Positions 19,181 through 29,778 of a DNA stretch of 64,000 nucleotides are shown here, piece after piece; position 1 is the stretch's first letter, and every line of letters starts with the position of its first letter. The DNA lies in the NCBI GenBank assembly GCA_005222975.1, contig NJBI01000005.1, positions 32,001-96,000 of the forward strand. Direction: 5' to 3'. This DNA comes from Promethearchaeota archaeon Loki_b31 (GTDB lineage: Archaea; Asgardarchaeota; Lokiarchaeia; Sigyniarchaeales; SOKP01). Both the position numbers and the translations under genes were made by a program. The notes beneath the pieces were generated by a model, which saw only the letters and a program-made list of their open reading frames with translations, searched no databases and was not told the origin of the DNA.

Positions 19181-19995
19181 TGATGTTTTATTTAATTTGA
19201 GTAGTTTCGCCTCAAAAGGTTCGCAATAATCGTGGTCTACCCATATACGCGTTCTACCTTCAGATAATGCTTTTTTGATAACACTCCAATTTGGATCCTT
19301 TAATTCCTCTGGATTAAGAAGAAGTTCAGTCCAACGTGTTGCCCATTCTTTAAGGGGATTGTGAATATCGGTTCCTGTCGATAAAAATATCGGTCTTGGT
19401 AATTGATTGTTTTCTTTAAGCCTTTCTAACCAGTGAACTGTTTTGGGGTCGTACCACCGCATTTCGTTATTGATTTCAAACCCATCCACGCCCCATTCTA
19501 AAAGTTGCTGCCTTGTAGGATGAGTATATTTTCCTTTTCGAAGCTTGGTTGGTCCATTGTCCATGTAATGTGATCTACTTGAACAATTGCGCCCATTTCC
19601 TTTGCTCTCTTTATAGCAGACTTAATTTGATCATCAGTTGGATTAAATTTAATTTTCCCTGGGAAGTCCTCAATACCTAAAAAATTGAGATGGATACGGA
19701 GGGTAGTCCACTCGAATCCGGGAATAATAACAATTTCAGGATATTTATCTTGGAGTTCTAAAATGTACTTATTGTTTTTACCAGTATTGTGATCAGTTAG
19801 AACAAAAGCGTTAAATCCATTTGCTATATGCCACATAATACATTGTTCTGGAGTCATCCAACCATCGCTGGCTGTTGAATGCGCGTGAGTATCAAGAAAG
19901 AAGCCCTTTTCCGGTAAAATATCTGATTTTCTTTTATAATCAAACACATAATCGGGAATTTTACCTTTCAAATTCGAATAAATACCTTGCTTCAT
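19142..19995 (-). pseudogene. PHP-domain phosphoesterase, frameshifted near 19545
   Basis: DTHAHSTASDG, TDHN and FEWT..IH lie in ORF 19498..19995; DGFE and GTDIH lie in ORF 19142..19564. One extra base at CCAAG would join them. Confidence 0.8.
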
Positions 19996-20111
19996 GTGAT
20001 AGAAATATGTATTAAATTGATTAAATTCTTTTTGTAACTAAAAGGAGTTTAAAAAAAGGTTTATAAATGCTATTTTAAACCTTATTTCATTAAAAAAATT
20101 ATTAATATAAT

Positions 20112-20999
20112 TTATTTAAACCCGTTTTTTTCTAAAAATGCTGTTAATCTGGCACGGTGAAACTTCAAACCAAGCTCGTCGGGGTTCATTCCAAAAGATA
20201 AAGCGAATAACTCAGTTAAATATAGGATTGGTATCTTAAATTCGTTATTAGATTGAGTTCCTGCTTTCTTTTGGTTGGTATCCATTTGTTGGAAACAAGC
20301 AGGGCAAATAACGACAAATACATCAGCCCCAGCTTTTACTGCGCTAGAAAATTTATTTGCTAACAGTTGCATCGATGGCGCTTCTTCAGCGTTACCAACG
20401 CCAGACCCACAACAGAGCATCTCTTCGACGTAATCTATTGGTGTCGCTCCTGTCGCAGCTACTAGTTCTCTTAATTTCACAGGTTCCATTGGGTCGTCAG
20501 TTTGAACAATTTCAGAAGGTCTATTATAGTGACATCCTGTGTGGCACGCAACTTTTAACCCTGAAAAATCGTGAGTAACAAATTCTTTTATTTTCTCGGG
20601 ACCGTAATCGTGTAAGACCTCTACAAAATGCTTTACGTTAATTGAACCCTTGAATTCTTTTCCAATTCCTTTTAAAATTTTGTTTATCTTTTCCTTTTCG
20701 TGTTCGTTGTTGTTTAACTCTACATTCACAAGTTTAAGGGTTTGAAAACAACCATTACATAGTGAAACGATATCTTTTCCTTCGGCTTCGGCAAGCGTTA
20801 GGTTACGAGCACCCATTGCCAACCAACTTGTATGGTCAACTGAATTAAAACCAACTGGATCGGGACAACACGCAAAAGCAGCGTCGGAAGTTTTTATTCC
20901 TAGTTTATCAAATACTTTACGGGCGCTAGCTTCTATGAACGGAATTCTGTTGCCAATAGTGCAACCAGGAAACAGTTTATATTCTTCAACTTTTGCCAT
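20112..20999 (-). CDS. hdrB: Heterodisulfide reductase subunit B (copy 1)
   Basis: Two CCG-domain motifs (PGC..CCP..CNGC; HTGCH..CCG..CPAC). Confidence 0.92.
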   Translation of the reverse strand: MAKVEEYKLFPGCTIGNRIPFIEASARKVFDKLGIKTSDAAFACCPDPVGFNSVDHTSWLAMGARNLTLAEAEGKDIVSLCNGCFQTLKLVNVELNNNEHEKEKINKILKGIGKEFKGSINVKHFVEVLHDYGPEKIKEFVTHDFSGLKVACHTGCHYNRPSEIVQTDDPMEPVKLRELVAATGATPIDYVEEMLCCGSGVGNAEEAPSMQLLANKFSSAVKAGADVFVVICPACFQQMDTNQKKAGTQSNNEFKIPILYLTELFALSFGMNPDELGLKFHRARLTAFLEKNGFK

Positions 21000-21015
21000 A
21001 ATAAATTCTCTTTTC

Positions 21016-21513
21016 TTATTTATTTATAATTTTATTTAATTTAGTTTCATTTAATATTGTTTTGACTTCTTCAATGTTTGGTGTTTCAACTTTAGGAAGT
21101 CCTAATTGTTCTCTTCTTCTTTCAATTGCGGGTTGAGGTGGGATTGCTTTGCCACTATCGTAAATTGCTGAAGCTTGAATCGTATAGTATTCCGGTCCTT
21201 CACCCATAGCAATTGACATATTTTTTAGTACAGTAAAAACGCCAGTTAATTCAATTTTTTGAGGACATATCTCGTCACATGTGTCGCACATAGTGCAACC
21301 CCATATATTAAAACTATCGTCCCCTCCAAATATGTTTCCTCTCAATCCCAGAAAAGAATTTAAGATTAAATTTCGAGGGTTATATCTATTTGGTGCGAGA
21401 TCCGCAACCGGACAAACATCTGTGCAACGATTGCATTGATAGCAATATTTTAAAGCGTCGTGAATGTGAGCATCCATTATCCTCTTTTTTAATTCGTAAT
21501 CAATCATTACCAT
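21016..21513 (-). CDS. hdrC: Heterodisulfide reductase subunit C (copy 1)
   Basis: CYQCNRCTDVCP and WGCTMCDTCDEICP; adjacent to hdrB. Confidence 0.9.
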   Translation of the reverse strand: MVMIDYELKKRIMDAHIHDALKYCYQCNRCTDVCPVADLAPNRYNPRNLILNSFLGLRGNIFGGDDSFNIWGCTMCDTCDEICPQKIELTGVFTVLKNMSIAMGEGPEYYTIQASAIYDSGKAIPPQPAIERRREQLGLPKVETPNIEEVKTILNETKLNKIINK

Positions 21514-22916
21514 TATTCTTCTTCCTCAATTTTATCGTGATATTTATGACCTAAAACGCTATCTGCTAAAGTAAATCTATTAAACAATCCTGCTGGATCT
21601 TTTATCGCTATCGTTACCTCGTCGACATCGCGGTCGGCACAGAGAGAACCTAAAGCACTAATAAATTTTAGACCTTGATCTTCTACTCCCACTGGAGGGC
21701 CATAACATCCTAAGCAAGGTGCGTTCCCTTTATTTGGACAAATTGCACCGCAACCGGCTTGTGTTACAGGTCCCAAACATATATAACCTTGCTCTAAAAA
21801 ACATGTATCCATGGAGGGTAATCCTTCATAGTCTCTTTTCAATTCAGTTGGAACTTTATCAGCGACTTCTCTATCGCAATGGCTACAAACCGTTTTAGAA
21901 CTGAACTTAAAATACGGATCGTTCTTTAATAGGAACAATGAAGTTCCAACGATTTCATCGATAGTATTAGTCCCAGTTGGATTGACATCTAAAATTAGTT
22001 TTGGACCTTTCTCAGTTTCAATTTCCTTTACTTTGAAACTGTCGGGTTCGTAAGCTAATCGCTGCAATAAATCTCCCCTAAAATAAAAGTTGGTAATATT
22101 TGACGCGCCTAAGTACAGATTAAGAAAATGCTGTAAACTAGCTCCTGTTTCAGCGTCTAATTCTTCCACACCATCTAATATCTGTTTTAATTGCTTAGAC
22201 TTCTCACCCGGTTTATTTGTGGGCTTAAAGCAACCAAAACATATATCTCCTTCGTGGGGGCACATTAATTCGCATCCTGCAGCTGTAATTGGTCCATAAC
22301 ACAATTTACCCTTATCTAGAAAACAGCCTTCTTTGAAAAGGTCGCAATTTTCGCATACACACTTATTCTTGTCAAGAGAACTTGGGCCCTCGCCCACTAA
22401 TGTAAACAAATATGTTATCGCAGCTACTATGTTATCCGTCGTTGGTGGGCATCCAGGGATAAATACATCTACATCAATTATATCTTTTACGTTAACAATA
22501 AATTCCTCAATTCCAGGTACATGTTGGTCTGGCTCCTTTGGATTTTCATCAGTAATAGATTCGGTTTCCATAAATTTTCTTTTTGTTAATTCGTCTTTAT
22601 CAAACAAATTTGCTAAACCTGCTACGCTTCCATAACAAGCGCAAGTCCCAAAAGCAACTATTATACTGCATTTCTTTCTCATCAATTTAATATTGGCTGT
22701 ATCTTGTTTAGTTCTAGCTATACCTTCTAAGAATCCAACAACAATACTTCCATCTTTCCTTGCTTTCAATGAATCGTGCTTGAAATCAACTACAGCCGGC
22801 CAATAGACGATATCTAAATTAGGCAGAATATTGAGTAGTCCTAGATGGGCGTTCAATAAACTCTGATGACAACCCCAACACGAACTTAACTGCATAAACG
22901 CAACGGATACAGGCAT
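21513..22916 (-). CDS. mvhG: MvhG-like [NiFe]-hydrogenase small subunit with duplicated C-terminal FeS domain
   Basis: SSCWGC, FGTCACYG and PGCPP motifs, then two copies of CxxC..CFL..C.GP.T.AGC...CP...C.GC. Confidence 0.8.
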   Translation of the reverse strand: MPVSVAFMQLSSCWGCHQSLLNAHLGLLNILPNLDIVYWPAVVDFKHDSLKARKDGSIVVGFLEGIARTKQDTANIKLMRKKCSIIVAFGTCACYGSVAGLANLFDKDELTKRKFMETESITDENPKEPDQHVPGIEEFIVNVKDIIDVDVFIPGCPPTTDNIVAAITYLFTLVGEGPSSLDKNKCVCENCDLFKEGCFLDKGKLCYGPITAAGCELMCPHEGDICFGCFKPTNKPGEKSKQLKQILDGVEELDAETGASLQHFLNLYLGASNITNFYFRGDLLQRLAYEPDSFKVKEIETEKGPKLILDVNPTGTNTIDEIVGTSLFLLKNDPYFKFSSKTVCSHCDREVADKVPTELKRDYEGLPSMDTCFLEQGYICLGPVTQAGCGAICPNKGNAPCLGCYGPPVGVEDQGLKFISALGSLCADRDVDEVTIAIKDPAGLFNRFTLADSVLGHKYHDKIEEEE

Positions 22917-23112
22917 TCTTATAATTTCCTCAATACAATCATATATCTTATTTTATATATTAATTATATTGGTTTAATGCAAAATTTATTAAAAAATTTG
23001 GTAAATCAAATTTTAGTTTAATCTCTTTTATTTACTTCTGAAATTAGAAGAAATCTTTTTCTAATACATGTATTAAAAGAAAACCCAAAAGATGTTTTTT
23101 TTTCAGTTATTA

Positions 23113-24696
23113 CTAAAATGTATATTTTTTTCCTTTTTCAGGCAAAATTACTTTTCCAGATAATCCAAATTCTTGAAACGTTTCGGGATGTTCCGTATGT
23201 ACTGGTATTATATTTTCGGCATCAATTTTTTGAAGAAAATCTATTAAGTCATCTACGTTGCAATGCCCTGATGAATGAACTGTTTTAGTTTTTGATATTC
23301 CGAATCTTTGTAGCCACATATCTAACTTTTCTTCTTTTATGATCATCTCGTCATTAAATGGGTCAGTAACAGAGTTTAGAAATAAAGTTTTACCAGGTTT
23401 CTGATCTAAATCGATTAATTCGCTCAGCATAAAATAATCAAGATAGAGTAAATATTTTTCAGGTTCTTTTTTAACATCCTTGTATGTAACATAGTTACCA
23501 ATTTTAAGGATATCTTTTTGATATCCTTTATAATCTGCGGATTCGAATTTGCCCCAACCTTTTCGTGGTAGATATATAACGAAGTTTTTATCACTAAAAT
23601 CAGGAAGATCATAATTGTCATAATATTGTTTTATAATACTTTCTTCCATATTATCAAGTCTCATTCTAAAGCAATCGATTAAGTGAAATATTTTGGGGGT
23701 AATCGCGAATCTTCGATTGAACTTTTTTGCAAGTGAATAATATAATAAAATTCTATCGAGACTTCTAGAAGGACATCTCACAAGAATTAACCCCGGATGA
23801 CTCCTAATAGTTTCTCTTGAGTGAACTTCTACATCGCTTTCAGATTGTTCATCACTACGATATTTGCCTTTCCTAAAATCTTCAATATTCGGAACTCTTG
23901 TACCTTCAGTAATAATTGCTATTGGATTGGATTCACAAGCTTGTTTAATAAAATCATTTACCCAAACACTATGAGATCCATGCCGTCTAAAATCGCCTGT
24001 GTAAATGACACTTCTCCCATCGCACTCAATAATATAGGAACAAGCACCTGGAATTGAATGGTCTGTTTGAAACTGAGTGATATTGATCTCGCCTTGAGAC
24101 GATTTAAATGACAAAGGTATGCCTTCTTTTATAATCTTAATTGGTCTCTTAATTTCTGATTGATTGTAATCCGGTTTGGTCGCTCTCTTATATTCAATTT
24201 CACTATCCTTACGTTGTCTTTTCTTTGGTACGATTTTAAAAATTTCATAAAAATTTAAAACTTCATGTATGAGAGGGTCAATTGAAGTGCTTGTAAGATG
24301 TTCGATTATCGTATTTGATATCCAGTTCATATAGATTGGTGTTTTTTGTTTGAGAAAACATATGAATTTGTAGTGGTCCATATGTGCGTGCGTAAGAAAA
24401 AAGGCATCAACAATATTTTCATTAGTAGTAATAATTTTATATGGTTCTGAATTCAAAATATCCGAAAATGGAGTAATTAGATCGTTTCGGTATAATTTAT
24501 TAATGGAGGGTATAAGACCTAAGTACAAATAATCAATAATTCCATTTAATTTGCGTGGATTTAGGAATTCTGAAAAATATTTTTGATTTTCACTAAAAGA
24601 AAGACCAAAGTCAAAGAGAAACTTTTTATCTCCAATATTAATGAAGATTTTATTTCCTCCAATTTCTTTAATTCCACCAAAAATTTCAAGATTCAT
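23113..24696 (-). CDS. Metallo-beta-lactamase / beta-CASP (RNase J-like) nuclease
   Basis: GGIKEIGGN, THAHMDH, DHSIPG, YTGDFR, HSSGH and PVHTE motifs. Confidence 0.85.
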   Translation of the reverse strand: MNLEIFGGIKEIGGNKIFINIGDKKFLFDFGLSFSENQKYFSEFLNPRKLNGIIDYLYLGLIPSINKLYRNDLITPFSDILNSEPYKIITTNENIVDAFFLTHAHMDHYKFICFLKQKTPIYMNWISNTIIEHLTSTSIDPLIHEVLNFYEIFKIVPKKRQRKDSEIEYKRATKPDYNQSEIKRPIKIIKEGIPLSFKSSQGEINITQFQTDHSIPGACSYIIECDGRSVIYTGDFRRHGSHSVWVNDFIKQACESNPIAIITEGTRVPNIEDFRKGKYRSDEQSESDVEVHSRETIRSHPGLILVRCPSRSLDRILLYYSLAKKFNRRFAITPKIFHLIDCFRMRLDNMEESIIKQYYDNYDLPDFSDKNFVIYLPRKGWGKFESADYKGYQKDILKIGNYVTYKDVKKEPEKYLLYLDYFMLSELIDLDQKPGKTLFLNSVTDPFNDEMIIKEEKLDMWLQRFGISKTKTVHSSGHCNVDDLIDFLQKIDAENIIPVHTEHPETFQEFGLSGKVILPEKGKKYTF

Positions 24697-24929
24697 TTTT
24701 ACATTATGGATAAATCAATTGTAGATATAAATATAATAACCCTAAATAGAATCATAAAACAATTGAGATATAAACCTTTACTTTATGATTTCATTTAATA
24801 TTAATTAGATTCTTTTGTATAATTAAACAGAGAATTTTTTTTAAATCTTTTTTGTTTTTCCATTATTGAATTAACTAAATATAATATTAAAATTACTAAA
24901 TTTAATAAAAAAATAAAAGAAAGGATTAT

Positions 24930-25532
24930 TTAATCGAAATTCGTTCCACATTAGTTGCAGAAATTGGCTTTAATAGGCAATTTCTCGCCACAGTTTGGGC
25001 AGAATTTGCTATCAAGGTTTTCCATGATAGAATCATTGCTTTTTGTTTTTTATGTAGAGACTTATTTTTCCCCTTTCTTAGGTTTCTTTATTTTGTATCG
25101 ACCAATAACAGCAAGGATAGTTCCAGTAAACGCAAACCCTGAATTGTATGTAAACAAGCTGTACATTTGATCCAAAATTGTTTGAACGGCAGAACTGACG
25201 GCAATACCCGAGTATCCCAAGATCCAAATACCTACGTAAAAGACTAACCCTAACATTCCAAAACTCGTGGCAACCGTAATGATAATTCTACCTAATCCAA
25301 TTTGGTTTATCATTATCAAGATAGCTCCTACGATAACAGAATATCCCCCAAAAAAAGCAATGTACTCTAAAACAATTAGTATTACGGAAACCAATGGCAT
25401 AAATTCTGGACTAATATACGAAGATACAAGATCAGCCAAATAGACCTAAAACTCGGCGCTCCCAATTGCTGAACCTATAATCATTAAAATCCCACCAAGA
25501 AAACACAATAAAATCCATATTAAATTTTTCAT
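24930..25532 (-). pseudogene. Membrane protein with C-terminal Zn-ribbon, interrupted by four in-frame stops
   Basis: One frame from ATG25532 (MKNLIWILLCFLGG) to TAA24930 (FCPNCG...FCN*CGTNFD). Stops at 25446 (TAG), 25062, 25050 and 24951 (TAA). Confidence 0.75.
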
Positions 25533-25610
25533 TAATCCCACTTTTTTAAAAAAATTTTTTTATTTAGATATCAATAAGATAAAAATTAAAGTTTGAGTTT
25601 TTATATCACA

Positions 25611-26420
25611 CTAAATTTTAATTCTTTTGGGGTGAGTATAAATATTCATCGTACCACCCCTGACAAAGCCAATTAAAGTAATTCCATAGGAAAAAGCTAA
25701 TCTTATGCCAGATTCAATAGCGGCAGATAGTGAAGCAACAATAGGTATTTGCGCTCTTACAGCTTTCAGAACCGAGTCACCCGTTAACCTACCGGTTGAG
25801 GTTAAAATTTTATTGTTGAACGATTCTCCTTTCAATAGCATATACCCAATAACTTTATCTATTGCGTTGTGCCTTCCTATATCTTCTTTGACAGTTATTA
25901 GGTTTCCCTTCATATCAAAGATTGCAGCTCCGTGACAACCGCCTGTCTCTCTAAATAGTTTTGTTTCTTGTTGCATCTTAACGATAGTCGAAAAAATCAC
26001 TTCTTGGCTTATTGTCTCTTGTTTTTTAAGATCAAATGTTGCATTGGTCTCCTTCAATTTCTCTTTAATTAAATTGCGCCAAGGCGAGGGAATTCCACAT
26101 GTAGTATCAATCACTCTACTAACGGGATTCACGTCTAAAATTTTTGAACTGAAATTTATAGTCTCTACTAAGTCAACGTAAACCCGTTCTTCTATATTAT
26201 CAATCTTGATAGCTTTAATATCTTCTATACAATTTATGATTCCTATAGAATACAAGAATCCTGTAGCCAAATCCTTTATGTCTTTATTTAAACATATTAT
26301 ATTCACTAAAGGTTCTGAATTTACAATAATATCGATTGGGCTCTCTATTAGAACTACATCTATCTCTTCGATTCTTTGATCCTTGCGAATTCTAGTAATA
26401 TTTACCTTTCTTTGAAACAT
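25611..26420 (-). CDS. fdhD: Formate dehydrogenase accessory sulfurtransferase FdhD
   Basis: TTCG, TGGCHGAA, EDIGRHNAIDK and TGR motifs. Confidence 0.92.
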   Translation of the reverse strand: MFQRKVNITRIRKDQRIEEIDVVLIESPIDIIVNSEPLVNIICLNKDIKDLATGFLYSIGIINCIEDIKAIKIDNIEERVYVDLVETINFSSKILDVNPVSRVIDTTCGIPSPWRNLIKEKLKETNATFDLKKQETISQEVIFSTIVKMQQETKLFRETGGCHGAAIFDMKGNLITVKEDIGRHNAIDKVIGYMLLKGESFNNKILTSTGRLTGDSVLKAVRAQIPIVASLSAAIESGIRLAFSYGITLIGFVRGGTMNIYTHPKRIKI

Positions 26421-26680
26421 CTACCATTCCCTTTTCTTGATTAAGTTAATATTTAAAGAAGGTTTAAATATATTTTAATTACTTAGCTAATAAAATAAAC
26501 TTCTATTTATTATAAATCTATTACATAGCAATTTTAAACGATTTAGATTGATTGAAATGGATTATAATACTTTCGAGCAAATTTCGAATACTTTAGAATT
26601 AAAAAAATGTTGACAACAATAATAAGGAAAAATTGACTCTTACCTTTGATTTAAATATTACAAACTCCTTATAAAACTAG

Positions 26681-27124
26681 ATGAAGAGACCTATATATAA
26701 AACCATATCCTTTCAAGAGTTGAAACAAGGTACGAATGATGTTTTTAAGCAATATGATGAAATTCAATTAGCATATCTTTATGGCTCATATGCTAACGCA
26801 ACTCAAACGGAATTTAGTGATATTGATATAGGAATTGTTTTAACAGAAAGTTTTAAAGAATCTGCTTTATACTTTGCTGAATTAAGCGTGAAGATTGAAA
26901 AAAGTTTAAATTTCCAAATTAATATAGATTTAAGAATTTTAAATGAAGCAACACCTCGATTTTTATTTCAAGTAATCAAAAATAATAAAATTCTATATTG
27001 CAAGAATAAAACTTTTATGTATGAGTTTGAACTTAAGGTTATGTATGAGTATCAAGATATTAAACCAATGTTAGACATGTACGATAAGATTTCAGTAATG
27101 GAGGTATTTAATGATGAAAATTGA
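26681..27124 (+). CDS. MNT minimal nucleotidyltransferase antitoxin (MntA-like)
   Basis: YLYGSYA...SDIDIG (GS-x10-DxD). Confidence 0.88.
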   Translation: MKRPIYKTISFQELKQGTNDVFKQYDEIQLAYLYGSYANATQTEFSDIDIGIVLTESFKESALYFAELSVKIEKSLNFQINIDLRILNEATPRFLFQVIKNNKILYCKNKTFMYEFELKVMYEYQDIKPMLDMYDKISVMEVFNDEN

Positions 27125-27554
27125 TCGTGATGTTCTTTTAACTAGATTTAAAAAAATGGACAATTTAATTCAAAATTTAAAAGAAATAAAGAAAAAACCC
27201 AAAGATGAATTCCTCTCTAATTACCTCCTTTATTTAAGCACTCAAAGAGCCTTAGAAATGTGTATTAATATTTGTATCGATGTCGGAAATCATATTCTTT
27301 CAATGAATAAGAACGGGAAACCAGAAACTTATGGTGATATTTTTACTGAGTTATCGAAACTAGGTTTAATAGACAAAGAATTGAAAGAAATTCTTATAAA
27401 AATGGTAAAGTTCCGTAACCTATTAGGTCATTTGTATATGGAAATAAGCAATGAAAAAATATATGAAATTCTCCAAGAAAATCTTGATGATTTCAATCTT
27501 TTTAAAAAAGAGATATATTCGAAATTTAAAGAACAACTATTAAATGAAAAGTAA
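27111..27554 (+). CDS. HEPN/DUF86 RNase toxin (HepT-like)
   Basis: FRNLLGHLY (R-x4-H-x-Y); overlaps the MNT gene. Confidence 0.9.
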   Translation: MMKIDRDVLLTRFKKMDNLIQNLKEIKKKPKDEFLSNYLLYLSTQRALEMCINICIDVGNHILSMNKNGKPETYGDIFTELSKLGLIDKELKEILIKMVKFRNLLGHLYMEISNEKIYEILQENLDDFNLFKKEIYSKFKEQLLNEK

Positions 27555-27587
27555 AAATATATTAAAAGTAATTAGAAACGATAATTT

Positions 27588-28436
27588 TTAAACGGCTATA
27601 AATAACCTGCCATTGACACCTATATTAAGTTCCCCTGTCTTTTTACTAATAGCAGAATGGTTTTTCTTTACAGAATGGTCTCCACTGTACTCAATAAATT
27701 TCCCGGATATTTTTTCACCATTGAATAGTTCAATTTCTTTAACTTCCCCAATTTTTATAAATGATGGAAGTACGGGGGTTTTTCCCTTAATCACTATAGT
27801 TCCTTTTATTTGGTCCGCTCCAACGCAGCGGTCTGCATCGCCTTCAACTATGATAGTCGCACCATGCGAATGAAGCCCTAAAAATGCTGCTGCTCCGCCA
27901 CAATATAAAGTAGGGAATCTTTTAGCAACTATAGAACCGTTTGCCCATATCATTGATTCGCTACCAACTTTGCCTTTAACTCGAATCACACCATTTCTCA
28001 TTCCCTGCCAAAATCCTCTATATGCAGAGCCAGTATAATGACCAGAATCTCCATTGATCTCAAGTTCACCACCTTTAAGCATAGCTCCAGCCCAATCGTC
28101 TGCATTTCCATTAACTACAATTTTCCCCCCCGACATGTTATTTCCTACGTGCATACCGACATCACTATTAATCACGATTTCTCCTCCCTTCATTTTTTCG
28201 CCAATACGCTTTACGTTAGATATATCGCCATCTATAATAATTTTAGTGTCAGCAACTTCAGCTGATTTTCCAGAAACATCAAAAAAATTACCAATAGTCG
28301 TTAGTTCTTTAGCGTAATATAACGGTAATTTCTTAATATCGCTTAGAGTCTTCCCAGCGAAATTATCTGGTGTGATACTATCTGCTTCTAAAGGAAAATC
28401 TAGTTTCTTTTTTATTTTTAACTTAATATCAGCCAA
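27588..28436 (-). CDS. fwdC: Formylmethanofuran dehydrogenase subunit C
   Basis: PLEADSITPD, GxG beta-helix repeats and GSAYRG..GM. Confidence 0.9.
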   Translation of the reverse strand: MADIKLKIKKKLDFPLEADSITPDNFAGKTLSDIKKLPLYYAKELTTIGNFFDVSGKSAEVADTKIIIDGDISNVKRIGEKMKGGEIVINSDVGMHVGNNMSGGKIVVNGNADDWAGAMLKGGELEINGDSGHYTGSAYRGFWQGMRNGVIRVKGKVGSESMIWANGSIVAKRFPTLYCGGAAAFLGLHSHGATIIVEGDADRCVGADQIKGTIVIKGKTPVLPSFIKIGEVKEIELFNGEKISGKFIEYSGDHSVKKNHSAISKKTGELNIGVNGRLFIAV

Positions 28437-28439
28437 ACT

Positions 28440-29774
28440 TTATTCACCCATCTTTTCTTTCACATTTTCTATTAATCTTTCTAATATTTCTTTGTCAGAC
28501 AAACATTCTCCCGGTGGTTCCTTTACTTTCCTCAATCTTAAAGGAACTTTATCCATACGGTAAGCAGTTCCTTCGCACTCAATACCGGCAAACGCTGCAG
28601 GTAAAATTACGTCGGCAAATGCAGATGTTGGGGTTTCATGCGGTTCTATTGAAATTAAGGGATGTTTGAATAAATTTCTTACTGATGCTGCGGGAAAATT
28701 ACTTGCTGGATCAGAGGCTACAATTAATGTAGCGTCTATTTCGTCTCTCATTAGAAGATCGACAGAAGAGAATTCTCCAGGATTATAACGCGGATATCCT
28801 CTTGAAAAATCAATAGAATACGCGTAGCCTGTATTCCAAGTAAAAACTTGGTTTGCTCCAGCGACATTGTAATGCCCTCGCATGGGAGTCAAAAGAAATT
28901 TAGTATGGTCGTTCAGCTCCCTAACTAAGCATATTGCTGTGTCAACGTTGCGATGATGTGCTAATGTTTGCGTTAACCCCATACCGAAGAAAATTACTCC
29001 AAACTTACACGATTTTAATATTTTCACTAGTTCTTTCATTTTTTCTATTGGAACGCCAGCAACTTCTTTTACGTCTAGCTCTGTACCTCTTACCATTGCT
29101 CTAATTGCATTTAATAGTTCGTAATCCTCGTTAGGATTTATTTTGATGTATAAGTCTGCAATTTGGGCAGTGTGAGTATTTCTCGGGTCTACAACTACAA
29201 TAAATCTATCGTTTCTACCATCAGTTCTAAAATAACCCCTCACAAAATTGCTGTATCTACTTAAATGTCGAGGGTGAGCATGAACTGGATTAGACCCCCA
29301 AAAAATTACTAAATCGGCTCTATTTTTATATTCTCCTAAAGTGGACGATGGCGCACCAACATCTTGTATTGCTAATAAGCTAGGACCGTGACAAACCGAA
29401 GCTGTATTATCTAAAAGAGCGTTTAATATTTCAGCTAACTCAACGCCTTTACTTTGAGCTTCACATTCAGTGCTGGAGAATCCATACAATAGAGGTCTTT
29501 TGGCATTAATTAATATCTCGGCAGATTTATCAAGTGCTTCGTCCCATGAAACTTCTTTAAATTCTCCTTTCTTTTTAATTAAAGGTTTCATATAACGATG
29601 CTCGCTATTTGAGGATAAGAATTTTTTACTGCCAATTTGGCAAGCGTTTCTCACTTCAACAACTTTATTTTCTTTAACATCCAGATCTATTTCAAGGTCA
29701 TCACAAAAAGTTCCACAAAATGGACAAGGAACATCACATATCGTCTTAAGCTTTCTTTCTACCATTCTTTTCAC
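28440..29774 (-). CDS. fwdB: Formylmethanofuran dehydrogenase subunit B (Cys form)
   Basis: CPFCGTFCDD, SVCHGPS, HAHPRHLSRY and PMRGHYNV. The true start may be ATG29765. Confidence 0.93.
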   Translation of the reverse strand: MKRMVERKLKTICDVPCPFCGTFCDDLEIDLDVKENKVVEVRNACQIGSKKFLSSNSEHRYMKPLIKKKGEFKEVSWDEALDKSAEILINAKRPLLYGFSSTECEAQSKGVELAEILNALLDNTASVCHGPSLLAIQDVGAPSSTLGEYKNRADLVIFWGSNPVHAHPRHLSRYSNFVRGYFRTDGRNDRFIVVVDPRNTHTAQIADLYIKINPNEDYELLNAIRAMVRGTELDVKEVAGVPIEKMKELVKILKSCKFGVIFFGMGLTQTLAHHRNVDTAICLVRELNDHTKFLLTPMRGHYNVAGANQVFTWNTGYAYSIDFSRGYPRYNPGEFSSVDLLMRDEIDATLIVASDPASNFPAASVRNLFKHPLISIEPHETPTSAFADVILPAAFAGIECEGTAYRMDKVPLRLRKVKEPPGECLSDKEILERLIENVKEKMGE

Positions 29775-29778
29775 TCCT

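Noticed and set aside
26681-27554. HEPN gene as part of a CRISPR or larger defence island
   Set aside because: No repeats, cas genes or other defence genes nearby; it fits a plain two-gene TA module.
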